This document shows, piece by piece, positions 19,636 to 20,000 of a DNA stretch of 20,000 nucleotides. The stretch spans positions 85,206,377-85,226,376 of the forward strand of contig NC_057718.1 of NCBI RefSeq assembly GCF_004010195.1. The letters are read 5' to 3'. Each line of letters opens with the position of its first letter. Within the stretch, counting starts at the first letter, position 1. The notes below the pieces were generated by a model. It was given only the letters and a program-made list of their open reading frames with translations, had not been told where the DNA came from and did no database searches. The position numbers and the translations under genes are program-made. Origin of the DNA: Chiloscyllium plagiosum (lineage: Eukaryota).

Positions 19636-20000
19636 GGATTAGTGGTGCTGGAAGAGCACAGCAGTTCAGGCAGAATCCAAAGAGCTTCGAAATCGATGTT
19701 TCGGGCAAAAGCCCTTCATCAGGAATAAAGGCAGTCAGCCTGAAGCATGGAGAGATAAGCTAGAGGAGGGTGGGGGTGGGGGGAAAGTAGCAGAGTGCTA
19801 CCTACCTCGACACTGTCCTATCCCCCCTAGTCCTGCAACTCCCCACATACGTTCGAGACACCACCCACGCCCTCCACCTCCTCCAAGACTTCCGTTTCCC
19901 CGGCCCCCAACGCCTCATCTTCACCATGGATATCCAAGCCCTCTACATCTCCATCCGCCATGAGCAGGGCCTCCAAGCCCTCCGTTTTTTCCTCTCCAGA
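19636..20000 (+). mobile_element. Penelope-like retroelement: inverted terminal segment (19636-~19795) followed by 5'-truncated RT coding sequence running off the window
   Basis: Frame 19797-20000 is open: ATYLDTVLSPLVLQLPTYVRDTTHALHLLQDFRFPGPQRLIFTMDIQALYISIRHEQGLQALRFFLSR, including the PLE RT motif FTMDIxxLY. The upstream segment carries a minus-strand hammerhead core. Confidence 0.88.
19686..19725 (-). ncRNA. Minimal hammerhead ribozyme motif in the PLE terminal repeat
   Basis: UUC-CUGAUGA-A-GGGC UUUU GCCC-GAAA-CAUCGAUUUCGAA: intact core boxes and a perfect stem II. The stem III region is probably CpG-decayed from CGUC. Confidence 0.65.

Noticed and set aside
1..20000. CRISPR arrays, prokaryotic operons, rRNA
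   Set aside because: None seen. The sequence is vertebrate repeat-rich DNA.

Overview
This is a repeat-dense vertebrate genomic window. The repeat repertoire (HE1/V-SINE, HER1/CR1 LINEs, DeuSINE-like copies, Penelope-like elements) suggests a shark or other elasmobranch; that assignment is an inference. Most ORF-track entries are transposon fragments or noise. The only clear host-gene signal is a CpG-rich promoter/first exon at ~8110-8286 (+), with E2F, CHR, MYB, E-box and ETS motifs, ending in ATG|GTGAGT. No convincing second exon is visible, so 8281-20000 is probably intron 1, including two N gaps. The most notable structures are: (i) three Penelope-like insertions carrying minimal hammerhead ribozyme motifs in inverted arrangement, two of them tiny (173 and 250 bp) with 13-15 bp target-site duplications; (ii) an internally deleted L1-clade LINE nested in a CR1 with a recognisable TSD and a perfect 20-bp template-switch hairpin; (iii) a Tigger-like MITE inserted beside a CR1 RT motif. 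Minimal hammerheads in Penelope-like elements are known biology. I see no solid evidence for a wholly new system. All family names come from sequence recognition, not database searches.
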